Assembly (NCBI GenBank): GCA_963724335.1
Contig: CAVRUP010000024.1
Span: forward strand, 19,265-83,264
DNA length: 64,000 bases
Origin: an uncultured Alphaproteobacteria bacterium
GTDB lineage: Bacteria > Pseudomonadota > Alphaproteobacteria > Rhizobiales > Xanthobacteraceae
Reading direction: 5' to 3'
Shown in pieces: positions 53,420 to 63,896 of this stretch. Made by a program: the position numbers and the translations under genes. Position 1 is the first letter of the stretch. Each line of letters begins with the position of its first letter. The notes beneath the pieces were generated by a model. That model was not told the origin of the DNA and ran no database searches. It saw nothing but the letters and a program-made list of their open reading frames with translations.

Positions 53420-54385
53420 ATGCGAAACTTGGCTACATTCGCGCTGAAAGCGGCTGTCTCGTGCATTCTTTTGTATTTCGCCTTCGCGCACGTCAAATTC
53501 GACCTGGTCGGCCGGCAGCTTGGTCACCTGAAATATAGTTGGCTGGCGGCGGCCATATTCATCTTGATCGTTCAGATTTTTGTCGGCGCGCTGCGCTGGC
53601 AGCGGATCGTCCAACACTGCAAGACGCCGGACGAGCCGCCGTTTGGGACGGCAAGCGCGTTCCGCTACAACTTCATGGCGGCCTTTTTCAATCAGACGCT
53701 GCCGTCGACCGTCGGCGGCGACGCGGTGCGGGTCTGGCTTTTAGCGCGCGACAATGGCGGCTGGCGGAGTGCGACCTATTCCGTGCTCATCGACCGCATG
53801 TTCGGCGTGCTGGTGCTGGCTCTCCTTGTGATCTTTTGCCTGCCATGGTCGTTCGCGCTCATCGGCGATTTTTCCGGCCGCGTCGCATTGCTGATCACGG
53901 GGTTCGGCAGTATTGGCGCCTGTCTGATATTTTTGGCGCTGGGATTTGCCCGCTGGCGCTGGCTCGAGCGCTGGTGGCTGACGCGCCAGTTGACGGCGGC
54001 AGCCTCCGCGGCACGCAACGTTTTTGCCTCGCCATCGAGCATGGCGCGCATTTTCGCCTATTCGCTGATCATCCATTCCATAACGGTGAGCGCGGCATGG
54101 TGCCTCGCCAAATCGGTGGCCGCGCCACTCGAGTGGGGCCAGGCCCTGCTGCTGGTGATGCCGGTCTTGCTGATCGCGACTATTCCGCTGTCGATCGCCG
54201 GCTGGGGCACGCGCGAGACCGCAATGGTTCTGGCCTTCGGCTATGCCGGACTGCCGGAAACCGACGGTCTCATCGTGTCGGTATTGCTGGGCATCGCCAC
54301 GTTCGCCGCCGGCCTGCCGGGCGGCGTCATCTGGATCCTCGACCACGGCAAACGAGTGCGCGAAGCGCGTCAACCGGCGGCGTGA
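53420..54385 (+). CDS. Lysylphosphatidylglycerol synthase TM/flippase-like membrane protein
   Basis: LRWQ, FNQTLPSTVGGDAVR, DR, PLSIAGWGTRE. Confidence 0.85.
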   Translation: MRNLATFALKAAVSCILLYFAFAHVKFDLVGRQLGHLKYSWLAAAIFILIVQIFVGALRWQRIVQHCKTPDEPPFGTASAFRYNFMAAFFNQTLPSTVGGDAVRVWLLARDNGGWRSATYSVLIDRMFGVLVLALLVIFCLPWSFALIGDFSGRVALLITGFGSIGACLIFLALGFARWRWLERWWLTRQLTAAASAARNVFASPSSMARIFAYSLIIHSITVSAAWCLAKSVAAPLEWGQALLLVMPVLLIATIPLSIAGWGTRETAMVLAFGYAGLPETDGLIVSVLLGIATFAAGLPGGVIWILDHGKRVREARQPAA

Positions 54386-55392
54386 TAGTCGCGGTACCAG
54401 GCGATGAAGCGCGCGATGCCCTCGGCGATCGGCGTCGACGGCTTGAACCCGACATCGCGCATGAGGTCGTCGACATCGGCGAAGGTGACCGGAACGTCGC
54501 CGGGCTGCATCGGCAGCAGCTCACGAATGGCCTTTTTTCCGATCGCCTGTTCCAGAATTTTTACAACCTCGAGAACGTCGACCGGATTGTTGTTGCCGAT
54601 ATTGTAGATGCGCCAGGGTGCCGAACTGCGCGATGGATCGGGTGCCTCGCCCGACCAAGCGGGATCGCCCTTAGCGGGCCGATCGATCAGCCGCACCACC
54701 GCCTGCACGGTATCATCAATATAGGTGAAATCGCGCCGCATATTGCCGCCATTGAACAGCTTGATCGGCTTGCCGGCCTCGATCGCGGCGGTGAAGATCC
54801 ACATCGCCATATCGGGCCGCCCCCACGGTCCGTAGACCGTGAAAAAGCGCAGGCCCGTTGTCGGCAAATTGAACAAGTGCGAATAGGAATGCGCCATCAG
54901 CTCGTTCGCCTTTTTCGAGGCGCCGTAAAGATTGAGCGGATGATCGACGTTATCGGAGGTGCGAAACGGCATCTTGGTGTTGGCGCCGTAGACCGACGAC
55001 GACGACGCGTAGACGAGATGGCGGCAGCCTTGGTGGCGGCAGCCTTCCAGGACGTTGAGGAAACCGTTGAGATTTGCATCCGCATAGGCATAGGGGTCAA
55101 CCAACGAATGCCTGACGCCGGCTTGGGCGGCGAGATGGATGACAAACGGAAAACGGTGCTCGGCAAACAGCGCCGCGGTGGCGGTGCGGTCGGCCAGATC
55201 GAGCCGCACGAACTTGAAATTCTTGCTGTCCGCGAGCTGCTGGAGCCGCGCTTGTTTGAGCTTCGGATCGTAGTAAGGCGACAGGTTGTCGACGCCGATC
55301 ACCGCGCGGCCGGCCTGCGCCAGCGCGCGCGCGACATGGAAGCCGATAAAGCCGGCGGCGCCGGTAACCAGGATGGGATTTACAGCCGCCAC
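54370..55392 (-). CDS. NAD-dependent epimerase (UDP-glucuronate 4-epimerase-like)
   Basis: VTGAAGFIG, HLAAQAGVR, YGASKK, RFFTVYGPWGRPDMA. Confidence 0.92.
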   Translation of the reverse strand: MAAVNPILVTGAAGFIGFHVARALAQAGRAVIGVDNLSPYYDPKLKQARLQQLADSKNFKFVRLDLADRTATAALFAEHRFPFVIHLAAQAGVRHSLVDPYAYADANLNGFLNVLEGCRHQGCRHLVYASSSSVYGANTKMPFRTSDNVDHPLNLYGASKKANELMAHSYSHLFNLPTTGLRFFTVYGPWGRPDMAMWIFTAAIEAGKPIKLFNGGNMRRDFTYIDDTVQAVVRLIDRPAKGDPAWSGEAPDPSRSSAPWRIYNIGNNNPVDVLEVVKILEQAIGKKAIRELLPMQPGDVPVTFADVDDLMRDVGFKPSTPIAEGIARFIAWYRDYHAAG

Positions 55393-55518
55393 GGATCGAT
55401 GCCTTTTTGCTTACTGCCGGGTCTGGTTTTCACGTCGCTAACGGCAAGATTGTTGCAAATCGCTTGAGCGGGTAATGAATATCCGCAATGACGGGTCGGG
55501 AGCAAATAGGAACCTCGC

Positions 55519-57468
55519 ATGTGCGGCATCGCCGGCTTTATTGACGGGTCCGCGGTCCGCAGCAGCGATATGGACACCGTCGCCGGTGCGATGACCGGTA
55601 GCCTGCAGCATCGCGGACCGGACGATGCCGGCGTCTGGACCGATCGCGAAGCCGGCGTCGCCATCGGTCATCGCCGGCTTTCCATTGTCGATCTTTCCGC
55701 CGCCGGACATCAGCCGATGGTGTCGCACGACGGCCGCTACGTGATCACGTTCAACGGCGAGGTCTACGGCTATGCCGCCCTGCGCGCCGAGTTGCAAGGG
55801 CGCGGCGTCAGCTTCACCGGACATTGCGACACCGAGGTCCTGGTCGAATCGATCGCCGCCGACGGCGTCGAAGCGACGGTGCCGCGCCTGATCGGAATGT
55901 TCGCGTTTGCCGTCTGGGATCGCAAGCAACGCACCCTCAAGCTCGTGCGCGACCGGCTCGGCATCAAGCCGCTATATTGGGGGAAATTCGCCGGCCTCTT
56001 TCTATTCGGTTCCGAACTCAAAGCCCTGCGCGCGCATCCGGGCTGGACGCCGCAAATCGACCGTGGCGCCGTCGCTCAGTTCCTGCGCCATTCCCACATT
56101 CCAGCCCCGCGCACGATCTATGACGGCGTTCACAAGCTCGAACCCGGCACCATCCTGACCTTGCCATGGCATGGCGCGCCGAGCATCAGCGCCTATTGGA
56201 GTGCGCGCGATGTTGCGCTCAAGGGCGTGGCCAATCCTCTTGAGGGGAGCGACGACGAGCTTACCGATAGACTGGAAGCGCTGGCCGTCGACGCCGTTCG
56301 GCTGCGCATGATCGCCGACGTTCCACTCGGCGCACTGTTGTCGGGCGGGGTCGATTCTTCGACCGTCGTGGCGCTGATGAAGGCGGCCAATGCGGGGCCG
56401 GTGAAAACCTTCACCGTCGGCTTCGATCTGCCGGGCTATGACGAATCCCTGCATGCCGAAAAAATCGCCAAACACCTTGGCACCGAGCACCACACGCTGA
56501 CCGTTTCGCCCCGGCAGGCGCTGGATGTGATCCCCCGCCTGCCCGATTGGTACGACGAGCCGTTCGCGGATTCATCGCAAATCCCGACTTGTCTGATTTC
56601 GGCGATGACCCGGCAGCACGTGACGGTCGCGCTGTCGGGCGATGGCGGCGATGAACTTTTTGCCGGCTATAGCCGCTACCAGGCCGCCGAGCGCTACGCG
56701 AGCGGCATGGGCGGCTGGCCGCGGCCGTTGCGAAAAACATTGGGCGCCGCGATAACGGCGCTATCGCCGCAGCATTGGGACCGGCTGGCTCCGTACCTGC
56801 CATCCCGTCTGCGCGTGCCGCAGCTCGGCGACAAGCTCTACAAATTTGCCAATCTGATGCGGGCGCACGGCGCCGACGACAGCTATCGCAGCATCATTAG
56901 CCATTGGGAGCCGGCGGAGATCATGCCGGGCGTAGCGGAGCCGGGCGCGATCTGGTCCGCCCAGTCGGTCAATGAGGATTTTCCGAACCTGGTCGAGCGC
57001 ATGCAGTTCATCGATCTCGTCAGTTATCTGCCCGACGATATTTTGACCAAGCTGGACCGCGCCAGCATGGCGAGCGCGCTCGAGGCGCGCGTGCCGCTCA
57101 TCGACCACCGGCTGGTCGAATTCGCGTGGGCACTGCCGCGGCGCGTCAAGCTGCGCCATGGCACCAGCAAGTGGCTGCTGCGCCAGGTGCTCTACCGCTA
57201 CGTTCCCGCCGCGCTTATCGAGCGGCCGAAGATGGGCTTCGCCATCCCGCTGGCCGAGTGGCTGCGCGGCCCCTTGCGGGATTGGGCAGAGACGCTGCTC
57301 GAGGAACGGCGGCTGCGGGAGACCGGTCTTGTCAATAGCGATCGCGTCCGCGCATTGTGGAGGGAACATGTCGACGGGCGGCGAAATCACCAGCATCTGC
57401 TTTGGGATATTTTGATGCTTGAGGCCTGGCACGCGCGCTGGCGAGCGCCGGCCACCAAGGCGGCATAG
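55519..57468 (+). CDS. asnB: Asparagine synthase (glutamine-hydrolysing)-like amidotransferase
   Basis: MCGIAG, HRGPD, RDRLGIKPLY, LSGGVDSS, SGDGGDELFAGY. Confidence 0.93.
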   Translation: MCGIAGFIDGSAVRSSDMDTVAGAMTGSLQHRGPDDAGVWTDREAGVAIGHRRLSIVDLSAAGHQPMVSHDGRYVITFNGEVYGYAALRAELQGRGVSFTGHCDTEVLVESIAADGVEATVPRLIGMFAFAVWDRKQRTLKLVRDRLGIKPLYWGKFAGLFLFGSELKALRAHPGWTPQIDRGAVAQFLRHSHIPAPRTIYDGVHKLEPGTILTLPWHGAPSISAYWSARDVALKGVANPLEGSDDELTDRLEALAVDAVRLRMIADVPLGALLSGGVDSSTVVALMKAANAGPVKTFTVGFDLPGYDESLHAEKIAKHLGTEHHTLTVSPRQALDVIPRLPDWYDEPFADSSQIPTCLISAMTRQHVTVALSGDGGDELFAGYSRYQAAERYASGMGGWPRPLRKTLGAAITALSPQHWDRLAPYLPSRLRVPQLGDKLYKFANLMRAHGADDSYRSIISHWEPAEIMPGVAEPGAIWSAQSVNEDFPNLVERMQFIDLVSYLPDDILTKLDRASMASALEARVPLIDHRLVEFAWALPRRVKLRHGTSKWLLRQVLYRYVPAALIERPKMGFAIPLAEWLRGPLRDWAETLLEERRLRETGLVNSDRVRALWREHVDGRRNHQHLLWDILMLEAWHARWRAPATKAA

Positions 57469-57480
57469 GTTGTCGACCTG

Positions 57481-58644
57481 ATGGCGCGAAAGATTCTCTA
57501 TCTCGTTTCCGAAGACTGGTTTTTCGTGTCGCATCGTCTGCCGATGGCGCGGGCGGCGAAGAACGCAGGTTATGACGTGCACGTCGCCGCCCGCGTCGGC
57601 GATTGCGCCGACAAGATCAGGAGCGAGGGGTTCACTCTGCATCCGATCGAATGGCGCCGCGGCAGCATGAATCCATTCCGGCTCATAGCCGCCGTCGCGG
57701 AAACCCGACGCCTGTACCGGCGCGTCCAGCCCGAACTTGTTCATCACGTTGCATTTCTGCCGATCGCGATCGGCTCGCTGGCGGCGCTTGGACTGCCGAT
57801 ATGCAAGCTCAATGCCTTCACCGGATTGGGATTCACATTTGCGTCCACAACGGCCAGGGCTCGGCTGCTGCGCCTGCTGGCCAGCGGATTTCTCGGTTGG
57901 CTGTTGCAGCGGCCCGACAGCACGGTGCTGGTGCAAAATCCCGACGACCGGGCCGTCATCGCCATGCTTGGCGTACCGCAGGATCTGATCGCAACCATTC
58001 CCGGCTCGGGCGTCGATGTCGATGCATTCACGCCGCTGCCCGAGCCCGCCGATTCCCCCGTCACGCTTGCCTTTGTCAGCCGACTGCTCGATGGCAAGGG
58101 TGTGCGGACCTTGGTGCGTGCGCATGAGATTCTGGCCGAACGCGGCGTATCCATTCGCCTTCTGCTTGCCGGCGCGCCCGACGCCCTCAATCCAACATCA
58201 ATTCCCGATTATCTGCTGGCAGAGTGGCGTAAAATTCCAAACCTGGTCATGCTCGGCCATGTCGAGGATGTCCGCGGCGTTTGGCGACAAGCCCATATCG
58301 CCGTTCTACCCTCGCGCGGCGGAGAGGGAATTCCGATGAGCCTGATGGAAGCCGCCGCCTGCGGTCGGCCGTTGATCGCGACGGACGTACCGGGTTGCCG
58401 GGAAATCGCACGGCCTGGCGTGAACGCGCTGCTGGTGCCGCCGGACGATCCCGTAGCCCTCGCTAAAGCGGTCGAGACACTCATGCAGAATCCCGATATG
58501 CGGTTGCGCTTTGGCCGCGCCGGCCGCCAACTCGTCGTCGATCAATATTCGAGCGCGCGGATCGGACAAGAGATCGTTGCGCTCTACGCACGTTTGCTGG
58601 GGAGCCATTCCCAAAACGCGGCTGGGGAGCGCCTGACGTCATGA
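57481..58644 (+). CDS. Glycosyltransferase family 4
   Basis: SEDWFFVSHR, GSGVD, EGIPMSLMEAAACG, TDVPGCRE. Confidence 0.92.
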   Translation: MARKILYLVSEDWFFVSHRLPMARAAKNAGYDVHVAARVGDCADKIRSEGFTLHPIEWRRGSMNPFRLIAAVAETRRLYRRVQPELVHHVAFLPIAIGSLAALGLPICKLNAFTGLGFTFASTTARARLLRLLASGFLGWLLQRPDSTVLVQNPDDRAVIAMLGVPQDLIATIPGSGVDVDAFTPLPEPADSPVTLAFVSRLLDGKGVRTLVRAHEILAERGVSIRLLLAGAPDALNPTSIPDYLLAEWRKIPNLVMLGHVEDVRGVWRQAHIAVLPSRGGEGIPMSLMEAAACGRPLIATDVPGCREIARPGVNALLVPPDDPVALAKAVETLMQNPDMRLRFGRAGRQLVVDQYSSARIGQEIVALYARLLGSHSQNAAGERLTS

Positions 58645-59672
58645 GCGGCGGCGCGTCCCTTAACTGGTTGAGTTCGTTCGGCTGGATTATTTTAATCGCG
58701 GCCGCGGCGATCAGTTTCAGTCTGCTGTTGTTGCTTCGTCCCGTTCTCAAGCGTCACGCGCTCGCGCATCCCAATCCGCGCTCGTCGCACATGACACCGA
58801 CGCCGCAGGGCGGCGGCATTGCGGTGATCGCGGCGACGGTCGGGGTCGTCGCCGCATCTATCGTATTTGGCGTGCCCGGCCTCGACGGAGGTTCCGTGTG
58901 GCTCGTCCTCGTCGCTACGGTTTTCATCGGCCTTGTGGGCGCGATCGATGATGTTCGTTCGATCCCGGTGATGCCGCGACTGATTCTGCAAGCGGTCGGG
59001 GTTGCGATTGTGCTCAGCGCGCTGCCGGGCGATCTGCGCGTCGTGCCGTTTCTTCCCTATTGGCTCGAACGCGCGCTTCTGGGTGTCGGCATCCTCTGGT
59101 TCGTCAATCTGGCGAATTTTATGGACGGCATCGACTGGATGACGGTCGCCGAAGTGGTGCCGCTCGGCGCCGGCCTCGTCCTGTTCGGCCTCATGGGCGC
59201 ACTGCCGCGCGACGCCACGATGGTGGCGTTCGCGCTCACCGGCGCGGTGATCGGCTTTGCGCCCGTCAATCGCCCCGTCGCGCGCATGTTTCTCGGCGAC
59301 GTCGGCAGCCTGCCGATCGGCCTGCTGCTCGGCTGGCTGCTCGCCTTGCTCGCCGCAACCGGGCATTTCACGGCGGCGCTGCTGTTGCCGCTCTATTACG
59401 TCGCCGATGCGACGATCACGCTGCTGCGCCGGCTGGCCAATGGCGAAACGATCTGGCAGGCGCATCGCAGCCACTTCTATCAGCGCGCCATGGATGGCGG
59501 TTTCAGCGTCCATCAGATCGTCGGCCGCGTGTTCCTGCTGAATATCGCGTTGATCGCTCTCGCCGCCGCGACCTTGCTGACGACGTCATATGTTCTGCAC
59601 GCGGCCGCGCTGATCGCCGGCTGTGTTCTGGTCGCCTGGTTGCTTTACCGTTTCGCGGCCGCCAAGGCCTGA
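58641..59672 (+). CDS. MraY/WecA family polyprenyl-phosphate sugar-1-phosphate transferase
   Basis: RSSH..PTPQGGG, GAIDD, NFMDGIDW, FLGDVGS, AHRSHFYQ. Confidence 0.92.
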   Translation: MSGGASLNWLSSFGWIILIAAAAISFSLLLLLRPVLKRHALAHPNPRSSHMTPTPQGGGIAVIAATVGVVAASIVFGVPGLDGGSVWLVLVATVFIGLVGAIDDVRSIPVMPRLILQAVGVAIVLSALPGDLRVVPFLPYWLERALLGVGILWFVNLANFMDGIDWMTVAEVVPLGAGLVLFGLMGALPRDATMVAFALTGAVIGFAPVNRPVARMFLGDVGSLPIGLLLGWLLALLAATGHFTAALLLPLYYVADATITLLRRLANGETIWQAHRSHFYQRAMDGGFSVHQIVGRVFLLNIALIALAAATLLTTSYVLHAAALIAGCVLVAWLLYRFAAAKA

Positions 59673-60709
59673 TCGGCGGCGGCGATCACCTGCCCCGGCG
59701 TGAGCTCATCGAGGCATTGGCTGTAGCTGTCGAGCCGGCGCTCGCAGCCTTCAAGCTGACACGGCGTGCACGGCAACGCGTTCTGCACCAGCCAGACATT
59801 GCCGCGGCGCTGAATGGCGCCTGTTGCGGCCCAGATCTGGTCCAGGCCGCCGACCGGCCATGGGCCCCAAAGCCGCGGATCGGTCGGACCATAGAGCGCG
59901 ACCGTCGGGCAGCCTGCAGCCGCGGCAAGATGGGTCACCGAGGTGTCGGGGCCGATAAAGACGCGCGCCTCCGACAGCAGCCCGGCGAGTTGCGGCCACG
60001 CGAGCTGGCCGTCGCGGCGCGTAACGGGAGCCCCGTCCCACACCGCATCGAGATAGCGCCGCTCCGCCTCGGACGGCGCGCCGGTCGCGACTACCGTGAG
60101 CCCGCGCGCGGCAAGCGCGCCGGCAAGCGCGCGCCAGCCGCTTTCGGTCCATTGCTTGTAGCGAAACATCGGCGCCGCATGGATCACCGTATAGGGACCG
60201 GCCGACTGCTGTCCTGTCTCGGCGGCGCGCGGGCAGACCAGCTCCGGCACGCGCGCGATGCCCAGCACGTCAGCAATGCGCAGCATTTCCTCGACCCGGT
60301 GCAAGCCGCGCGCGGTGGCGATGCTGCGATGGAGCAGCGTTCGCTTGACGCGGCCATTGAGGTTCGCGGGCACCGGCGCCACGCGCAGGCGTCCGGCGAC
60401 GATGGCAAAGCCGGTCGGGCGATCGCCGCTTTGCGTGGAGATCGCGAGATCGTAGCGGCGGAACAGCCGCGCACCCAAGGCCAGGGTCTGCGCCGTCGAA
60501 GGCTGCGGCGGAATAGTCATCACCCCGTCGAGATCGGGATTGCCGGCGAGAATGCCGGCCGTGTCGGCGAACACCAGCGCGTCGATCCGTGCCTGCGGCC
60601 ACGCGCGCCGCAGGCTGCGGATCAGCGGCGTGGTCAAGAGGACATCGCCAATGCGGCGCAAGGTGACCACGAGGATGCGCGGCCGGGGCGGAAGATCGAG
60701 CCGATTCAT
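59645..60709 (-). CDS. Glycosyltransferase family 9 (heptosyltransferase-like)
   Basis: RRIGDVLLTTP, GPDTSVTHLAAA, ALYGPT. Confidence 0.92.
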   Translation of the reverse strand: MNRLDLPPRPRILVVTLRRIGDVLLTTPLIRSLRRAWPQARIDALVFADTAGILAGNPDLDGVMTIPPQPSTAQTLALGARLFRRYDLAISTQSGDRPTGFAIVAGRLRVAPVPANLNGRVKRTLLHRSIATARGLHRVEEMLRIADVLGIARVPELVCPRAAETGQQSAGPYTVIHAAPMFRYKQWTESGWRALAGALAARGLTVVATGAPSEAERRYLDAVWDGAPVTRRDGQLAWPQLAGLLSEARVFIGPDTSVTHLAAAAGCPTVALYGPTDPRLWGPWPVGGLDQIWAATGAIQRRGNVWLVQNALPCTPCQLEGCERRLDSYSQCLDELTPGQVIAAADQALAAAKR

Positions 60710-61971
60710 GGCCCTGGCGCTGCGCTACTGCCGGCTGCGTCTTTATGGGCCTGCGCCGCATGAGACTGCCGCTGCAGCATGCCGGCCGCGACACCGAAGC
60801 CAAATACGTAGAGCCAGCCCTCGGTAAAATCGAAAATGAAGGAATTAAACAGCGAGCCGACGATGTTCGCCGTCACCACGACCAAGCCGATCCACGCCAC
60901 CGTTCCGCTTCCCCAAAAAAGCATCAACTGGGATAGCCACATCGCCCACAGCACCGCCATGCCCACGAGGCCGAGCTGAATGCCGACGGCGAAGGTTTGA
61001 TTGTGCGGATTGGTCGAACGAACGGCGTCGGCTCCGCTTTGCCCTACCGCGGCACGGGACATCTGATCCGCGATCGATCCGGTCCCGTGACCGAAAAACG
61101 GTGCGCCCTTGATGATATCTATCGACTTTTGCCAGAATGAGATGCGCAGGCCCGACGAGTTGACATCGTCTTTCAGTTCGTAAGCTTCCGATTCCGTGTA
61201 AATCGCGGTCACGCGTTCGCGCACATGGGGAGAGGCCGTCCATACGACACCGGCAACGACGACGGCCGCGATGGACGATCCGAGAATGCCCTTCCAGCCC
61301 GCCTGCCGAAATCCATACGCAACGATGAGCGCCGGAATGACGACCAAGGTGGTGCGGCCGGTGGTTACGAAAAATATGTCACCGAGAAACGCCAAGGCCA
61401 GAACGCCAAGGGCCGCTGAAATCTTCCACTCATGCAAGCGCGCGCGAGCGAGCGCGAGATCGAAGAGCACAGCCGCGCACATGGCGAACTCGAGGCTTTG
61501 CACGATGTAGCTTTTGACCGGAACTCCCTCATTGCCAATCCGGCGCGGATGAATATTCGGCCAGATCTTGACTACGACCGATGCGATCAGCAGCGCAACG
61601 CAGGCGGTGAGGAATCCGGCGAGCACGCGCCGCCCGCCGTCCGAACGGCTGAACTGCGCCATCAGCAGCGGGATCACCAAGAGCCGCACAAAGCCATCGA
61701 GGCCGCCCAAGCGGGCGTGCCATGAGACATCCGCCCAGGTCATTCCGACGGCGCCGAGCAGAAAGAGCAGGACCGGCAATCCGCCGGCTGCGCTGGTGAG
61801 TTGGCGGCGCACGTCGCTCCATGCGAGCGTGGGGATGAGCGCGATCAGCCACGGCACCAGCAGAATGCCGGTCGCCGACGTCGACCACGGCAGCGACACC
61901 GCGACGGCGACGGCAAGGGCGTCGGCGATGACGGTCAGCCGTTTAAGATGGATGCCGGAAGCGATGGCCAT
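60706..61971 (-). CDS. O-antigen ligase family protein
   Basis: Multi-TM, TGRT, SSGLR, GHGTGS, NPHNQ. Confidence 0.88.
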   Translation of the reverse strand: MAIASGIHLKRLTVIADALAVAVAVSLPWSTSATGILLVPWLIALIPTLAWSDVRRQLTSAAGGLPVLLFLLGAVGMTWADVSWHARLGGLDGFVRLLVIPLLMAQFSRSDGGRRVLAGFLTACVALLIASVVVKIWPNIHPRRIGNEGVPVKSYIVQSLEFAMCAAVLFDLALARARLHEWKISAALGVLALAFLGDIFFVTTGRTTLVVIPALIVAYGFRQAGWKGILGSSIAAVVVAGVVWTASPHVRERVTAIYTESEAYELKDDVNSSGLRISFWQKSIDIIKGAPFFGHGTGSIADQMSRAAVGQSGADAVRSTNPHNQTFAVGIQLGLVGMAVLWAMWLSQLMLFWGSGTVAWIGLVVVTANIVGSLFNSFIFDFTEGWLYVFGFGVAAGMLQRQSHAAQAHKDAAGSSAAPGP

Positions 61972-61974
61972 CGT

Positions 61975-62820
61975 TCACCCTACCAAATCGGGCGACGGAG
62001 CCGACGCGAGCGCCGACAGCCCGCGCCGCGCCTGTGCGCGATCGCCGGCGAGACTATCCGTCAGCTTGCGTTCGTTCTCGGTCAGCCGGTCGCGGGTGGC
62101 CTCGGCATGCCACAGATGCAGCACGCCGGTGGCGAACACGCCGTCCTTGCGCCGTACGCCGGCATGCAGCAGGCGCACGATGATGTCGGAATCCTCCTTG
62201 CCCCAGCCGATATAGTCGGCGTCGAAGCCGTCGACGCGATCGAGATCGGCACGCCAGATCGCGAGATTGCAGGAACGCGCGCCGCGCCACTGCCGTTGCC
62301 GAAGCCGTCGCAGCGGACCAAGCGGCAAGCGCAGCAGCGCCGCCAGGCGGTTGACGCCGCCGCGCCGGCGTTCTGCCAGCCAGCGCGTAAAGCTCCAGTT
62401 TTCCGGCGCGAGCTTTTCGCGCAGCACTTTTGCCGTCAACTCGCGCGACAGCAGAATGCGATTGCCGGTGACGAATGCGCCCGGTTCGGCCAGCCGACGA
62501 TGCGTGGCGACAAAATCCGGCCGCGCGATGCAGTCGCCGTCGAGGAAGATGCAATAGGCGCCGCGCGATGCCAGGATCGCGCGATTGCGGATTTCCGCCG
62601 CACGGAACCCGCGATCCTCGTGCCAGACGCGATCGAGGCGTCGACCGAACTTCGCCTGCCAACCCGCTACCAGTTCGCCCGTCGCACGGCCGGAGCCGTC
62701 ATCGGCGATCACGACTTCGAAATCGCGATCGCTCTGCCCGGCCAGCGAGCGCAGCACCGCATCGAGCGCGTCTTCGCGGTTATAGGTGGTCACGATGATG
62801 GAGATCAGCCCGTTCAGCAT
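61975..62820 (-). CDS. Glycosyltransferase family 2
   Basis: SIIVTTYNR, IADDGS, FLDGDC, GWGKEDSD. Confidence 0.92.
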   Translation of the reverse strand: MLNGLISIIVTTYNREDALDAVLRSLAGQSDRDFEVVIADDGSGRATGELVAGWQAKFGRRLDRVWHEDRGFRAAEIRNRAILASRGAYCIFLDGDCIARPDFVATHRRLAEPGAFVTGNRILLSRELTAKVLREKLAPENWSFTRWLAERRRGGVNRLAALLRLPLGPLRRLRQRQWRGARSCNLAIWRADLDRVDGFDADYIGWGKEDSDIIVRLLHAGVRRKDGVFATGVLHLWHAEATRDRLTENERKLTDSLAGDRAQARRGLSALASAPSPDLVG

Positions 62821-62949
62821 GATCTGCACAAAACATGGATTCCAGGTTGCCGCAAGCGGGCCCAAGCATATGACAAATTTACGCATTTTTGCCATTCACG
62901 TTGTGCGCGGATTGGCGGACGTGTTAGTTTCGCCGCCGTTTCGTGCCAT

Positions 62950-63894
62950 GTGTTCGAACCTCTGAGTGATCCCTTGCGCTGCACTGTCGTCCTTCCGACC
63001 TACAACCGCATGGCCGTGCTGCCGCGCGCCATTAAAAGCGTCTTGGAGCAGGACGAGCCCGATTTCGAGTTGATCGTCGTCGATGACTCGACGGACGAAA
63101 CGCCGAAATGGCTCGCGAGCCTGACCGAGCCGCGCATCAGGGTCATTCGGCCCGAGCGCCGGCGCGGCGTCGGCGCCGCGCGCAACGTCGGCATCGCCGC
63201 GGCCCGCGCGCCGGTCGTCGCGTTCGTCGATTCCGACGACTGGTACCTGCCGCAACGCCTGAGCCGCGCGCTCGACGCGCTCGATCGCGAGCCCGATCTC
63301 GTTTGCACGCTCTCTTCGGCGCGCAAGGAAACGCCAAACGAAATCCGCCCGTCTCCTTTGCCGGACGTGAAACTCGCCCCGCAAGCCTTCGAGTGGGCGC
63401 TTTATAGCGACCTGGTCGGCGTCGACGGCTCAAGCATCACGGTGCGCACGCAAGCCGCGCGCGCCGCAGGCGGCTTTATTGAAACGAGTCGGACCGAGGA
63501 TCGCGAATTCCTCATTCGTCTGGCGCCGCAGGGGGCCGCGCGCCTGATGCCGCAGATCGATTGGGAAAAAGGCTGGAGCGAGAACAGCCTGTCGAATGAT
63601 TGGAAAACCGCCGGCCGCGACCTGTTGGATTACGCCAAGCTGCGGCCGGAACTGACGACGCGCTTCCGCATGATCGGCAGCTATCTCGCGAGCAAGATCC
63701 TGGTATACGATCTGCGGCGCGGCGACTTCGCGACTTTGGCTTCCGATTGGCGGGCCTTCCGCGATGCCGGCCTGTTGCAAGGCGGGCTTGCGCGCATCTG
63801 GCGCGAGCACCGCGAGGTGCGCCATTATCGCCGCGCCAATTCGAATCGCGAGGCGCTCATGCGCCTTTCGGGCGCGCCGGCGGACTGGACCTGA
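62950..63894 (+). CDS. Glycosyltransferase family 2
   Basis: TVVLPTYNR, IVVDD, ARNVGI, FVDSDD. Confidence 0.88.
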   Translation: MFEPLSDPLRCTVVLPTYNRMAVLPRAIKSVLEQDEPDFELIVVDDSTDETPKWLASLTEPRIRVIRPERRRGVGAARNVGIAAARAPVVAFVDSDDWYLPQRLSRALDALDREPDLVCTLSSARKETPNEIRPSPLPDVKLAPQAFEWALYSDLVGVDGSSITVRTQAARAAGGFIETSRTEDREFLIRLAPQGAARLMPQIDWEKGWSENSLSNDWKTAGRDLLDYAKLRPELTTRFRMIGSYLASKILVYDLRRGDFATLASDWRAFRDAGLLQGGLARIWREHREVRHYRRANSNREALMRLSGAPADWT

Positions 63895-63896
63895 CG

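Noticed and set aside
31820-63894. Long overlapping or antisense ORFs (e.g. 31876..33567, 37551..39110, 40232..41752, 53539..55467, 59060..60763)
   Set aside because: Shadow frames of real high-GC genes; Arg/Ala-rich with no motifs
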